A DNA stretch of 64,000 nt from Bigelowiella natans CCMP2755 (GCA_000320545.1 ADNK01002623.1:1-64000); one strand, 5' to 3'. Counted from the first letter of the stretch, positions 1 to 14,129 are shown. Notes: generated from the letters alone by a model not told the origin. Program-made: numbers and translations.

Positions 1-253
1 ACTGAATTTCTACAAACAAAATGACTGTTTTCCAACAAAATGAGGAGTTCAAACGTTTCTACTCTAGATAGTACCTCATGATAGGCATAAGTGCTGGGAA
101 TCCCAAACAGGGCATCGAAAGAAGAGCAGACACTAACCCTACTGAGACTCGCACGATGTCTTTGGCTGTCCACCGGTCTTTGTTGTCTGTAGTAGTAGTA
201 GTAGTAGTTGTAGTTGCAGTAATTAGTAGTAACGGTGGTTCAATACCATACAT
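1..253 (-). CDS. 5' exon of a membrane protein gene running off the left edge (possibly an MFS/SLC43-like transporter)
   Basis: ORF 59..253 has a hydrophobic segment VSVGLVSALLSMPCLGFPALMPIM followed by a GT donor at about 74. The family guess rests on weak resemblance only. Confidence 0.35.
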
Positions 254-729
254 CGCCCATTATGCAAAAATTTGCAAAAGTCTCTTATCGTTTCATCAAT
301 GTTATCCCTCAAAACCAGAAACTATGTTCACTTCAACTCATTAACTAAAAGAAATTCTTACAAATTTACAAATTTCCGACCATTTGCAATTTCTCTTACC
401 TGAGGTTAAGCGGATCTGCATGCCGTTGTATCGAACGGTTAATATTTCATTTAGAGGTGTTTGCTCACTGGCCACCCCGCCACCTCCCTGTGATGCTCCC
501 ATCTTTGGGCGGGTTCAGGGTGGGAGGGGGAAGGATAACACTGGAAGCAGATCGTCTCACCAACACTCCAAGATCTTAAATACAGTTTCTGGTGAATTTA
601 ATTTATCGGTTACGATTTGCATGGATTGCAGGGGATTCTTTTTGAGAGACATCAAGCCTATCAACATTTACCACTGTCTCGAAAAACCGGTACAAGACTG
701 TGCACACGCCCGAAACGCCGAAATGTAAT

Positions 730-1745
730 GAGAACCAACCAGCAGCTCCACATTTTTTTCGCCGATGTCCATGGTCGTACGCACAACATGTGAAGAGCTA
801 GCTTGAACAATCGGAGAATTGTGAACGAAAAACGAGTGTGTGCTCGGAAGAATTCGGTTGTCATTGTCTAGTGACGTTATGGAAATACAGTTCATCATCA
901 TTGTTCATTGCATTTCCGATCTCCATGAATCTCCTTGACCGAAATGCGCACAATTTTGCTGGAACACAGTTTGATGATTGCTTTGATGCTTCTGATGGTC
1001 TCAGCTGTGTTCATTCATTCATTCACGTTGATTGAGAAGGTCACACCAACACGGAAGAATTGACAGTGACCCATGATCCTTTCAGCCGATCCTGTGGAAC
1101 TGTTTCATTCATTCATTCATTCATCACCGGTGACCCACACCCACGCTAGCACGATGCAGAGCGGGCTCACGATGCGCAAACACAACTAGACAAGCTAGCA
1201 AGCGCAACTCCACTCCGCGCACAGCTGTCGACGTGCGCCAAAGACAAGCAGATGTTTCCACAATCGATCACACTTGTTTGGACACTGCTGGACTGTCACA
1301 TGCCGCACGTTGCTGCGGACACACATTGTAGCAGACATGCATCTCTAGCAGATCTTGCTAGCTTGGGTGCTGCGCCCATGTGCCCACATCTCTAGATCTG
1401 CTTGACATTCGATCAGAGGTGCGATGCGCGTGCGCGCCGCAGGTTTCGTCAGCTCCAACAACTCTGGAGCTGTCCAACTGTGACACCGAGATGTTCAACG
1501 TGAACGAGCGCGATTTCTTGCCATTCATTGCAAGACGGGTGTGATGCATGCACGCGTGCTGCAAGTTTGCTAGTTTGGCGGGCGCGCACTGGTGCATGTT
1601 CACTGTTGCAATCTAGATGTTTAGGCATGTACGTACGTACGTGGCTTGTCTAGAGCTAGCCATGGATGGCGCTTGCGCAGAGACATTTGTTGCGACACCA
1701 CATTTTAATCACATGAAGGTAGGGCTTTGGCGTGTTGCTACTCGC
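730..1745. repeat. TG/CA/CTAG-rich decayed intergenic island (likely methylation-eroded TE remnant)
   Basis: Dense TGCA, CATG, GCAC and CTAG words, no credible ORF, no long microsatellites. Lies just past the 3' end of the MRH gene. Confidence 0.55.
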
Positions 1746-1852
1746 TAGCTCGGTCGATACAAATGCACTTGTTAACTAATTGTTGGTCTCAAACATCAAA
1801 GATAAATCTTCACAGCCTAGATGTGTATCTGCCATGTTCCAGAAAATCTGTA

Positions 1853-3036
1853 TCAGTCATCATCTTCTTTACCGTCCCCATCGGCTTCGAAAATCATCTG
1901 TTTGCACACAGAATGGTGTGTAAGATCTTCGACAAAATGGAATTTTAAAAGAAACCTGTTCGAAGTTGCCATAACTATGCTCATTCTTTAATCGTTGAAT
2001 CTATTTGAATCAAATTCATAAATTTGTCTGACAAAATCATATCTAGAACGAATTTACCGAAATGTACAAATATATTCCAAGTGCGAGAAGAATGACTAGA
2101 AGAACTAGTGATATTGCTGCCAAAACCTGAAGATTTAATTAGGTGATAACGGAGGGGGGGAGGGGAATCGAAATCATCATGAAGTCAAATGCTAACATCG
2201 CCGATAAATAATTATGTGAGAAGTACTACTTCTTGCTGTTAGGACAGCTAACCAACACTACTATAACTACTAGTAGTACCGCAGAGGGGGATGCAGCGCT
2301 ACTGGCTGAGGTGCCTGTCTCCGCTGCAAGAAAGATTAATCATTGTCATCGGTAATTTCTGGCAATTTAGGAGAAACAGTACTGACCTCTGCTCTGACAA
2401 TAAAGGCCTGACCACATATGATGACCGCAATACATAATGAAATAACACAATTTAAAAATAAAACTTCCATTTGTGGTAGTGATTTTGAAGACAGAAGAAT
2501 TTTAACATCTTCATGAAATTGGTTATAGTAACGATAAATGTAGTGTGTTGTATGGTACTAATTATAACAACACCGTTATATCCTTCATTGCAGAAGCAGT
2601 GTGTCTGATTTGTTCCTAAGAGTTAAGAGACTATTTTAGAGTGTTCTCTTGTATGCAAAAAACGTAAGCGTTCTTCTAATTTTGATCATTGGTTATCGTT
2701 GGCTACATCCTCAATATTATCATAATTTACCCATATCGACTCCACAGACACCTAAACAGTTGTTCAAAAGAGTGACGAAATATTACTATGTTGATGGGAC
2801 ATTACTATGTCATCCATGATTTTTAAGTAACCCGAATTCAAAATATTAATTATCATTTTTTATAAAAAAGCATATCCTGATATCATGATGTTTGTATTAA
2901 CCTATACCCAGCTCAAAAATCGACTACATATACTCCCAAACCTATACTGCTAACGCTACCGTGTCCTCCACACAACGATCCATCAATAACACACTCCGTG
3001 GGGCATCCATAGACGGAATTGAAAACAGCTAGAAAC

Positions 3037-3071
<35 letters not shown>

Positions 3072-5031
3072 CAACAAAAGTAAAGGAGGACACATGCTTC
3101 GCTGAATATCAGTAGATTTAAGTATCAATTGTTTGAATAAAGGTAAAAGGGCAGTATCATCTAATAATAGCAAAATCTAGCAAATTATGATCGTAAGTGG
3201 GTACTCTTTTGTGCTATGTACATAATAACCTTCGTATTCACAAGTACGAGCTTCTTTCACACCAATTTGTGTTGTTGTGCTTTTCCTAGTTATTAAGTAA
3301 TCACACATAGCATTAAATACTATCAGGTATCAGCTAACTTTTGAACATTGCAAAAAAGTAAGAGCCTATTGTTTTCTTTGGTCTTGTTTATCCTATAGTT
3401 ACTACTACTCACGTGTTTTCACATTGAATGAGAATGTGAAACTTCCTTGATCCATATCCTGGACAGACTTCCCCGTCAGTGTAAGATATTCTTACTCCCA
3501 CGGTACCTGAATAGTGTAATATTAAAAATTGTATCACCGGAGGACCCTCCTTACTTGGCATCTTTTGCCATCATTTCTCTCAAGTGCCCATTTAGATCAA
3601 TATAAAAAGACTGCAAGCATCCAAGCGCCAGCTGCTCTCTCTTACCATCCGATTCATCTAGGAGAGACCATTGCATACTCTGGGCTGTGCCTAAAAAACA
3701 AGTAAGCGATTAAATGCTGCTTTTCTCAACGAGCATTGAGAGTGGAGCGGAAACGATTTTTAGAGTATGTATGCAGTCACCTAAGCTTTTGCAATCTCCG
3801 GCAGAATTGTTTGTGTTGGTCAAAATCTGATAAATATCATAATCTATGAGTGATAGTAACAATTATGAACATAAATGCTGACCTGATAAGCGGCGCCGAT
3901 TTCGCCATTGATTTTTTCACACTTCCCCGGTGCGTTACATGCTGTATTGCATAAACAGTAAGCTTCGCACCCCACATTAGAAGACAGACTGCTTCTTCAC
4001 CTGGTAGCACTTCAAGGTTGTGACATACTTTAAATTCGTATTCGTAGTCATCTGTCTCGTCGGGCGTATCAAGAAAATCTTCCAATCTGTACGATCTGGT
4101 GGGTAGGCGGGGGACACGATGTTGTAGTTATGCGTGTCTAAATTTCCAGGGATTGTTTCATTACTTTTGCTTTTCAAATTCTGTGAGATCAAATGTAGCG
4201 TCGTTTTGTTCGAATCGGAACTCGCATGAATGAGCTCGAGCAGACCTGAAGTTCTAAAGCTTATTTCACACACCCAACATTGAGAAGAAAATATTACATG
4301 ATGAAGGATGTCTTTTTCGTAGGCCCGCTTCCGATGATCAGAAGAAGGAAAAGAGGGATGGGATGAGACTTGAGGAAGTTGATCATGATTAGATGAAATC
4401 CCGTGGCCCTTCCGTAGAATATATCAATGGTTAGCTTCAAGAATCTTCTGTGGGGCCATAAACCTGTTACCCTGGTGCTAATCTGGACTGCCCTGTATGA
4501 TGTAAGATTTAACGAAATGCAATTAGCTTCTAAGCATCGACGGAATAATCGTAAATATAAATTATTTTTATGTCGTACACAAGGTTTATATTACATTATA
4601 GCTTCTGACGGATGAGTATCTTAGTGCTATTGTTTTCAGCAGGAATATCACGGAACAGAAAAGGTATTGTCGTTTGTCGTTTATGAGAGTTGTTGTTTGT
4701 GTTGCGGCACATCCTTCAACCAACCCGAAATTATTGTTGTTTTTAATGTTGCCATATTCGACACCAACGCGACAAATAAACAAGCTTACAATTACTATCA
4801 CATCAACAAACAGGATTATGGTGGTGGTAGGCTAGTAGAAAAACTCACCTTCTCCCGTTCCGTACCCCTCCCCGTTTTACCCTTTCCCTTGAGCTTTCGG
4901 GGAGACAACGAGTGGGCAATATTGTGCTGGATACTTCCTTCTTCTAGTTTCTTCTTTCAGACCCTGGCCATACTGATCAGCAAGAAGCCGCTCGGCACAT
5001 CCATCATTCTCAACAATAAATCTGCCTTCAT
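1853..5031 (-). CDS. Type I membrane protein: mannose-6-phosphate receptor homology (MRH) domain, EGF-like module, TM helix, short tail (multi-exon; 5' end uncertain)
   Basis: Spliced exons read CEFRFEQNDATFDLT..YEYEFKVC..GAAYQ..CKSLG..ISYTDGEVCPGYGSRKFHILIQC..EARTCEYE..SVYGCPTECVIDGSLCGGHG..CFCNEGY, then TM VLAAISLVLLVILLALGIYLYI and tail SYGNFEQMIFEADGDGKEDDD* (stop 1853-1855). The MRH Q, R, E, Y signature residues are present. Confidence 0.8.
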
Positions 5032-5091
5032 CGGATCACCGCACCGACGGCACCATAACGCGAATACATACGTGCACGTACACCGTGTGCC

Positions 5092-6090
5092 ATGACGCTA
5101 TGGATATCGTCGTCTCTATCATCACTTCCGCTACCGACACTCCTATTACTCTCATTCGCTACATTCAACAGCAAAATCGGAGGAGGAGGAGGAAAATATG
5201 GAGGAGGCCAATTAAGAATCTTAACGTGTACAGCAGCAGCAGCAGCAGCAGCAACAGCAACAGCAGCAGCAGGTGCTACAGACAACGAAGGTAGCTGTGA
5301 TGCTGATTATAATGGAGGATCCGAATCATCTCAGTGCACTACCAGTAGTGGTCATTGCTCAAAGCCAATGACGACATCATCTCCGTCGATGATCAAATAT
5401 GGTAGATAATGTAAATGTTGTCCGTCGTTGGTTGTGTATATTCCCACCAAATAGACCTAAGTAGAATAACTGTTCGTCCTCGTCTATATTTTTCATCTCA
5501 TCATCATTTGTTTCTCCTCATCGAAGTAGGTTGCCTACAATCAACCCCACCACCTTTTCATCATCATACATACACATTGTTCAACCACATTTTCAGATAT
5601 AGATGGTCGTGTATTACGTCCAAAGCCTCCCCCGAGAAGGTTTGGCGTTGTACAACAAAATACCAACAAAGGAGGTGGAAGAGGAGGGTTAGGTCGTGCG
5701 ACGAAGATAGAAGGAAAGCACACTGGAAGAAGAAGCAGCCCCGACAAAAAAGATGATGAACCGCCGTTGTTTTCTTCGGATAAAGCCGATTCCGCGGCTA
5801 ATTTCGAAAACGACGTGATTCAACCAAATGTTACTTTCCGCCCTCCGACCAAAAAGTGTGGGAAGGTAAAAAACCCTTTACCCCAAACAACCGTACGGAA
5901 GAGGGATCGTCGTGGGGTGGAATACGACGACGACGATGCCAGATACTCTAATTATACGACGACGATGCCACAACAACAACACTTTAATTTACATGCAGAT
6001 ATAATGATTTCAAATAGATTTTCACTTCTTATCCCTAATAGTATGAACGTATTTATATTTTATTATATACACAAACACACACACACACAC

Positions 6091-6123
<33 letters not shown>

Positions 6124-6735
6124 TAACATGTATATTATTCTTTCTTTCTTTCTTACAGGTGAGCAGTGGATGGTGGGATGGAACCTGGGAACACGTCTAT
6201 TCTCACCCAGAGTTAGTTAGTTACTTAGTTAATCGATTGATATTTAACAATACTACAAAACAAGCAGAAAGAGTAGTATTAGAAGATATTGCAATGTTTC
6301 AATTTGCATCTGTAAAATAACTGCGTACCAAAACTTTCGATGAAGATGGAAAAAAGATATTAGAGAGGGGGGGGGGGGGGGAGAGTACATTTGCTGTTAC
6401 AATTGTTGATAATCAACTTTTTTAGAGCCCCTGACGTGTCTAAGTGCTGTAATCTGTGTATGCAAAACGACAACTGTGAATTCTTCAACCTCCAAGTAGG
6501 ATGATGATGATGATGATGATGATTCATATTTGTCGTCGTCGTCGTTGAGAATAGTTTTAGGAGATACTACTAATAATGAAAATAAGAAGAAGAATATTAG
6601 TGCTGATGATATACAGTGTAGTAGTAGTAGTAGTAGTATAGTAGTAGCAGTAGTAGAATGTAGTAGTAGTAGTTATAGTAGTAGTAGTAGTAGTAGTAGC
6701 AGCAGTCTCTCACACTGACTTTTTGCAGCTTCGAG

Positions 6736-6778
<43 letters not shown>

Positions 6779-7088
6779 CATTCTCTATTCTTCATCTCTT
6801 TGTCTTGAACGCACAAACACAAAACGAAGGGACATCATCATATACACTTAGTCTTATGTGCTGCTGCTCTTAAATCACGATCTTAATGTGTTCTTTCCCC
6901 GTGGACAACAACAACAACAACAACAATTGATAACAACGTTGTACTACAGCTCACTGGAAGAAAAGAATGTCACCTTATGAGTGCCAAAGGATATTTCCAT
7001 GCAGACTCACATCATCAGACATCTGGTAATGGCGGCAGCAGCAGCAGTAGTAGTAGTAGAAGAAGAAGAAAGGAGGAAAAAAAGGAAG

Positions 7089-7123
<35 letters not shown>

Positions 7124-7637
7124 AGTAGTGCTACTATCGCTGTTTTGATCATAATTCGGTTCGTGCATCATGAAAGTGGTTTGTGTCATCAAGGGTATCA
7201 TCATCATCAACAACATCATCATCATCATCTTTTCAACCACTTTTGACTTACTACTACATATACTACTTACTTACTACTACTACTACTACTACTACTACTG
7301 CGACTACTACCACTACTACAGATATCGAGGCAATACCCATAATCACTCTAACTACAACGATGACCTCTGCTTCATCATCCACCAGCACCACCACCACCAG
7401 CAGCAGTAGCAGCAGCATCTATAACGGACAAGGAGCAGAAGAAGAAGAAGAAGAAGAAGAAGAAGATGATGATGATGATGAGGATGATGATGAAGCAGCA
7501 GCAGTTGATGAAGTAAGCATGATTAACGTCGATAGCTTGATGGATATGGCTTTCGAAAGGTGGTAAAAAATAGTTGTAAGTGAGGCATATGTCATGATCG
7601 ATGCTTAAGAAATAAATGTTAGGAAGAAAACCAACAT

Positions 7638-7676
<39 letters not shown>

Positions 7677-7782
7677 AAATCGTCACTTTGTAGTATCACT
7701 ACACTCTTCCTCTTAATCACCCTATTTTCACTACTCTTTCTCTTCTTTCACTACAATTAGTGTTGTCGTCATTCATCAATGG

Positions 7783-7818
<36 letters not shown>

Positions 7819-9506
7819 TAGCACGTACTAACAGAATGATTATATGTCATCATTGTACACATAATCAGCGAGTATATTTTATCCAATGGAGGCAGTGGCC
7901 TGGGAGAAAATTGGAAAGATATGATCAAGTTCTTGTCGAGTATGATGAATTTTAAAACATAGCCTTCTCCTCCTCCTCCTCCTCCTCCTCCTCCTCCTCC
8001 TCCTTTTCCCTATTTTACATCATGCATGTGCTGCTACTACTACTACAAATTATCATCATCCACAAAATCATCTTAATATATGTTATTGTGGTGTATAATT
8101 TCAAGCACCAAGGACATCAAGAATGCCATGTTCCAATAATCCATATTTTTTTTCCTTTACCATCATCATCATCGTCGTCATTGCTAGTAGTTGAAGCATC
8201 ATCAACACACAGCAGTGACTACAACTGTACAATTGAGATACATGGTGATTCTATGTCTTCCACCTCTGTGATGATGATGATGATGATGATTAATGATGAT
8301 TATGATTATGATGTTCTGTGCAAAACCTTGTGTTTGCGAGATATATTGTGCTTAATTGTAGGTGTGTGTGTGTGTGTGTGTGTTAACATCATCATTATCA
8401 TCGTCGTCATCATCGTAAAGTTGAAACTTTACAAGAACCCGCTTATGGACTCAAGGTGGTATAGTAAGTTGTAGCAGTAGCAGAAGAAGAAGAAGAAGAA
8501 ATAGTAATAATGATAGAAAAATAGAGAGAGAAGAGGAGGACAAGGGTGAAGTACAACAATCTAGTTAATAATTCATAAAAACAATGGGATGATAAGGACA
8601 GGCAGCAGGAACAATAAAACAAAATAATAAGAAGAATAATGATAGTGTATTATTAGTAATAATGATACATAGCACTTGGCACCGACCTCTTCAGACCTAA
8701 CATATGATGCTAGCTATTAACCTACAATAATACCTTTTATTAATTATTTTACACCATAATCATCATATCCGTAATGCCTGTGTGTACATGAAGTAAAAAC
8801 TAACATTCACTAGTACCTTTGATCAACAAAATACAGTAAAGTATAGTAGTAAAAATAACAATTCATATGTGAAGAAGGAGAGTCTTATAGTATCGGTTTA
8901 TCATGATTTTCATCACCATTCTCTTCTTGCGTCGTTGGTGATCTATTCCTGTATTGTTGTCCCTAGGGCATCGATAAAGCTCAATTTCTATCTCAAGTCT
9001 CAAATGTATATACTTTACGAGCAGCAAATAGGAACGAATCTAAGGTAGTATTAGTATTATTATTATTATTAGTAGTAGTAGTAGTAGTAATATGTGCAAG
9101 TAGTAGTAACGTCAGCATCATTGTTTATTATGGAGAGTTGAAACGATGATGATGATCTTCTTCGTCGTGATTCTTTGATTATGATGATAGATCTACCTTG
9201 GAGGTATACAACTGCATTCAAATGGCACAGTGGATTATGTGCCAGACGATAGGTCACTCACTCACTCACTCATCATCATCATCATCGAATGTAACGAATA
9301 TGGTGATTATAGATTCCTTTACGGAAGAGGAAAAGGCATTTGGAGTTTGGATGTAGAGCAGGGTTTCGCGGTTATCAGCTTACACGTGTTCCAATATAGG
9401 TGCTGCTGCTTGAGAATAATGATGTAGTAGTAGTAGTAGTAGTAGTAGTAATAGTAGTAACAGTAGTAGCATCTCATGATTTTTGAATATGCTACCTACC
9501 GATCAA

Positions 9507-9542
<36 letters not shown>

Positions 9543-9740
9543 GTGGTATTTGCTCAAGTTGTGTTAGTGGTTGTATCCTCCTCCTCTTCCTCCTCCTCCT
9601 CCTCTTCCTCCCACTTGGACTTGCTGTTGTCAAATTGATTCATGCCTTGATTCTCTTAACTACTTAATTGTGGTGGTAGTGGTGGTGATGAGGACAAATG
9701 ATGAAACAACGATCACAATCAATAAGTAGAAATCCACTTT

Positions 9741-9771
<31 letters not shown>

Positions 9772-11207
9772 ACTATTATTTTTATTAAGTTATTATAACA
9801 CCAACGGCAATGCAGCTTCATAATTGATGTATTATTGTGATTATTATGTTGTTTTCGTCTATATCCCAATCCACCAATAGCATATGACCTCATCTTCATT
9901 CATTAATAATAATCATAATCATCATGTTGTCGCAGATTACCAGATGTCCTTCCTTCGCACAAGATCGATCATTTTATCTTCACGGGTACTTACACTACTA
10001 CTAGTAGTACGATATACAACAATCAACACTGTGATGTATGTGTGGTGTGTTCTTAGGTGCAGTAGTGCAGCATCATCACCATCATGATCGTTCAAATGAT
10101 GACGATGATGATGATATTGCTCTCTCTGGTCTCTTGTTCTCCCCTAATGGGTGGGTAGTAGTAGTTACAGCATAAGTAGCAATAGTAGTGGAAGGGGGGA
10201 GGGGGGATGAGTTGCTACTTTCTTTCTTTCTTTTTTTCATCTCTGAGAAAATGATTATCAAACTTATTTTTGTCATGATCATCATTTGTATCATGATGAA
10301 TGATCATGATAGTCATCATACACTGCTTCTTCTTCTCACCGCCGTCCTGCTCCTAATAATAACTTGATGACCTTTCTTAGAGATCCAGTTGGAGATGGGA
10401 TTTTGGAGCCTACTACTAAGAGTAGTAGTACAAAGTACTCGAAAGCTGATGATGATGATGGCAAACGACAACAAGGAGGACTTTCATTTAACTCATACTT
10501 TGCTGTTACTGAACGTGCTCAAATTGAGGTGGGATTGATTCATATTGTAATTGCAGAAGGACAGCCAATAACCGATGCCTAACATAATACTACTAGTAGT
10601 AGTAGTAGTAGTAGTGGTAGTAGTAGTAGTAGTAGACGATAATCGTCGGAGAGAGACTCTAATGCTACTGTCACTACTACTACAACTGCTACAACTACTA
10701 CTTGTAGATGATGATATAAGACAACGAAGCTAGGCAATTAGTGATATGGTAGTGTTGTTTAGGAGGTTGTTATTTTGTGCTATTATTACTATTATTATTT
10801 ATTTATATCACTTTCACACCACACCTTCCTGTTACTCCTTACCCCTCCTCCCAATTATTTCTTCTTTCTTCTGGTTATTGTCATCCTCGTCGTCGTCGTT
10901 TTAGATGATGAAGGATGCCTTGATCTTTCAAGCATTGCCCCCATTCCAATTTCCAGCGAGAAAGCAGCAGTTTAGTGTTAATAAAGACCGATATAAGATT
11001 GAAGGAGGAGGCATTTCAGGCGTGTACTATTACCCAGATTGGTAATAACATCAACAACATTTAATATAAAAAACAAGATATAGCTGCTGTCTCTCCTTCC
11101 ACTATTTTATCTTTCTTTTCCCCCTCTCTTTCTTCTCTTCATTGGTCTTTACATCTGATGACACCAACACAATCTGTGAATCAACATCCAGAGCTGAAAT
11201 GTATACG

Positions 11208-11241
<34 letters not shown>

Positions 11242-11304
11242 ATAAAAGCATTCGATGCTCTCTTTCTCTCCTCTTTCTCCTCTCTCTCCCTCTCCTCTCT
11301 CTCC

Positions 11305-11356
<52 letters not shown>

Positions 11357-11793
11357 CTCTCCCTCTCCCTCTCTCATATTATGTTTTGGTTTATTGATAC
11401 TTATCGAAGGATAACTGAATATGAAGCTGAATCAATAAGACAACAGCTTGAATTCACTCCAGGTAGTACTGGTGGTAGTACTCGTAGTAGTAGTAGTAGC
11501 AGTAGTAGTTGTAGTAATAGCGGTAGTGATCGTGTTAGAAAGTAACATAGGGAACAATACGTAAAGAAGTAGTAGGAGGAGGAGGAGGAGGATGAGGAGG
11601 AGAAGAGTAATAGCAATGTCCATGGTGTCATCATCATCATCATCATCAACAACATCATCATCCCTCTATAACACTTTATCTTCTTCTCGTTGTACTTACT
11701 ACTTCCCTGATGATCTATCTTCATTTTACTCCTTTTCTTCTTCTTCTTATCATAAATATATATATATATATATATAAGTATAGTAGTAGTATA

Positions 11794-11864
<71 letters not shown>

Positions 11865-12409
11865 GTTACGCAGAGGAATTATGGGGAAGCATGCAAGGAT
11901 CACGTCGCAGCATAGAATGGGGAACATATACAGAAGATAGTGAAGAGTACCGTGGGATTTCATATATCGATATGCCTCCGTGGATCAAAGCAATTGCTAA
12001 ATCTCTACAAACACAGAAAATCTTCTCGGGTGAGTGCTTGATTCCTCCTCCTTCTAAACCTCCTCCTCCTCCTCCTCCTCCTCCTCCTCCTCCTCTCCTT
12101 CACATATATTGCCTATTATTGCTCCTAAGGGTGTATCAAGTTGCTATTTTCTCTCTTGCTCTCTAACAAGCCATAATCAGAATCATCTTTATCTTCTTCT
12201 TCTTCTTCTTCTTCTTCTTCTTCTCGTTCTTCTCGTTGTTCTCGTTGTTGTTGTTGTTGTTGTTGTTGTTGCTCATACGCATAATACTAGAATTGGCTCC
12301 TGTGAATACTGCTCGTTTAAATTATTATGTTCCTGGGCAGGGTATACCTCCCCACGTAGACGGAGATATATACGTTCCAAGGGTGAGGAGAGTCATCATG
12401 ATGATCATG

Positions 12410-12442
<33 letters not shown>

Positions 12443-12564
12443 ATGATGATACAAACCAACCACAATAACATACTAGGTTGCGATGATAAGTTTAAGCAGC
12501 TCTGCATTATTTCGATTCTTTGATGTGGATGGGAATAAGCTAGGACTAACAGAACATGTAAGTT

Positions 12565-12595
<31 letters not shown>

Positions 12596-12769
12596 AAAGT
12601 TATCACAGTAATAGAATCGTGTGTATGAGAAGAAGAAGAAGAAGAAGAAGAAGAACAAGAACAAGAAGATGAAAGTAGTTTCCTTAAATACTGAATCACA
12701 CCACCTTCTAGGAGCTGCATGTAAAGCTTACTAATGCAGCAGCTACAGGTCGGGATTGTAACGATAAGC

Positions 12770-12805
<36 letters not shown>

Positions 12806-13537
12806 GGAAGAAATGAAGAAGAAGAAGAAGAAGAAGAAGAAGAAGAAGAAATAGGAGCTTCCTACAATTACTAGCTTTTACCCCGCATGTAGTAATCTAT
12901 GCTTGACATCATAAGTGAAACTATACTACTACTATTACTATCGGTCACATCATCATCGTGAAGTAATAATTAAATGTTGTTGTGTTATTAATACATTTAT
13001 ACTTCTTATTTTTCTTCTTATCATTATTCTTAGGGTCTATGGAAACAGAGTCTATACTTGGCATTCCAAGAATGTCGTTGGTACTCAGGCCAAGATCACT
13101 GGTTCTTACTACTACTACTACTACTACTACTACTGCTACTACCACTACATAGAATAGACTAACTGATATTTTATCCAGATTCTGTATAGATAAAAGTAGT
13201 ATTGTTGTTGTGTAGTAGTAGCGACTATTCTCCTTCATCATCATCACCACCACCACCACATAATAGGTGGTATTTGAAGGAGAAGCAGCCAAAAAGTTTG
13301 CCCATTCTGTAGCTGCAAGCAAAATAGAAACGATTGATCCGAAAAGGTTTATAATTTTTATTCCATGTTGATGATAAACCGAAGAAAAAGCAGCCATTTT
13401 TGTGGGATAAGCTTACGCTGTGTGCAACGAATAATGAAACCTTTGAGAGAAATATAGGACGTTATCTGTAGAATGCATGATTTATCGAAGACGAAATTGT
13501 AGAAACATGAAACACACACACACACACACACAATATT

Positions 13538-13608
<71 letters not shown>

Positions 13609-13913
13609 TGTATAATATTTGCTCGTAGTACAATCATCTACTACTATCATCTTTCATCAGAGTTGGTCAAATTGGTAATCTAGAGCTAGCCAATGCCAAG
13701 GTAGGAGAGTCATAGAGTAGTAGTATTAGTAGTATTAGTACCTAGGTAGGAGAGGCTATAGAGTAGTAGTGGTAGCAGTAGCAGCAGCAGTATCAAGTGA
13801 CACTACTATCACCAGTATCTTCTTATTGGTTGATTTTCTTTATTTAGATTGGAGAGAAAATAAAAAGGGTTCCGCGAACAACAATAACTTTGAGGCATAT
13901 TCTACACACATGA
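5092..13913 (+). CDS. Multi-exon gene: signal-peptide-like N-terminus, PAN/Apple domain, acidic linker, ALKBH6-like 2OG-Fe(II) dioxygenase
   Basis: PAN exons (about 6160-7026): KCCNLCMQNDNCEFFNLQLTGRKECHLMS. AlkB exons (about 10903-13913): GVYYYPDWIT, MPPWI, NTARLNYYVPGQGIPPHVDG (HxD), VAMISL, LRPRSLVVFEG..FAHSV (H), RTTITLRH (RxxxxxR); stop 13911-13913. A phase-consistent exon chain links both parts; the weakest joins are at 7560-8215. Confidence 0.7.
6070..13800. repeat. Intronic microsatellite fields ((TA)n, (CA)n, (CT)n, (TAG)n, (GAT)n, (GAA)n); similar fields occur throughout the window
   Basis: Directly visible; they account for most of the low-complexity ORFs in the ORF track. Confidence 0.95.
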
Positions 13914-14129
13914 TCAAGAAATTGTTCCATATCTTATTAGTACTTGTATTGAAGTGAAATTCTGAGTTGGTCTCAAATTTATCACAATAATATAGTTTAT
14001 GTGGTAAATACTTTAATGAAAGCAAAGAAAAAAAGATGTAATTCAGTCAATTAGATGCAGGGTTATAAATGTGCATATCATCAATAATATCTAGACGTGA
14101 CAATAATAAATAGTGCAGCAAAAATCTAG

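Noticed and set aside
3960-4020. LEVLPGEEAVCLLMWG resembling tRNA-splicing endonuclease subunits
   Set aside because: Most of it is intron read-through; the spliced product is an MRH domain.
5036-5056. In-frame TGA in MVPSVR*SDEG.. (minus strand) as a second selenocysteine
   Set aside because: No redox or Cys-homologous context and no SECIS identified for that gene; probably UTR or the wrong frame.
12855-12915. Exon-like segment within the AlkB gene
   Set aside because: All frames stop, and the flanking exons join in phase without it.
6500-13800. Dozens of short ORFs rich in S, Y, I, D, H, V/C runs (also throughout the window)
   Set aside because: Translations of intronic microsatellites.
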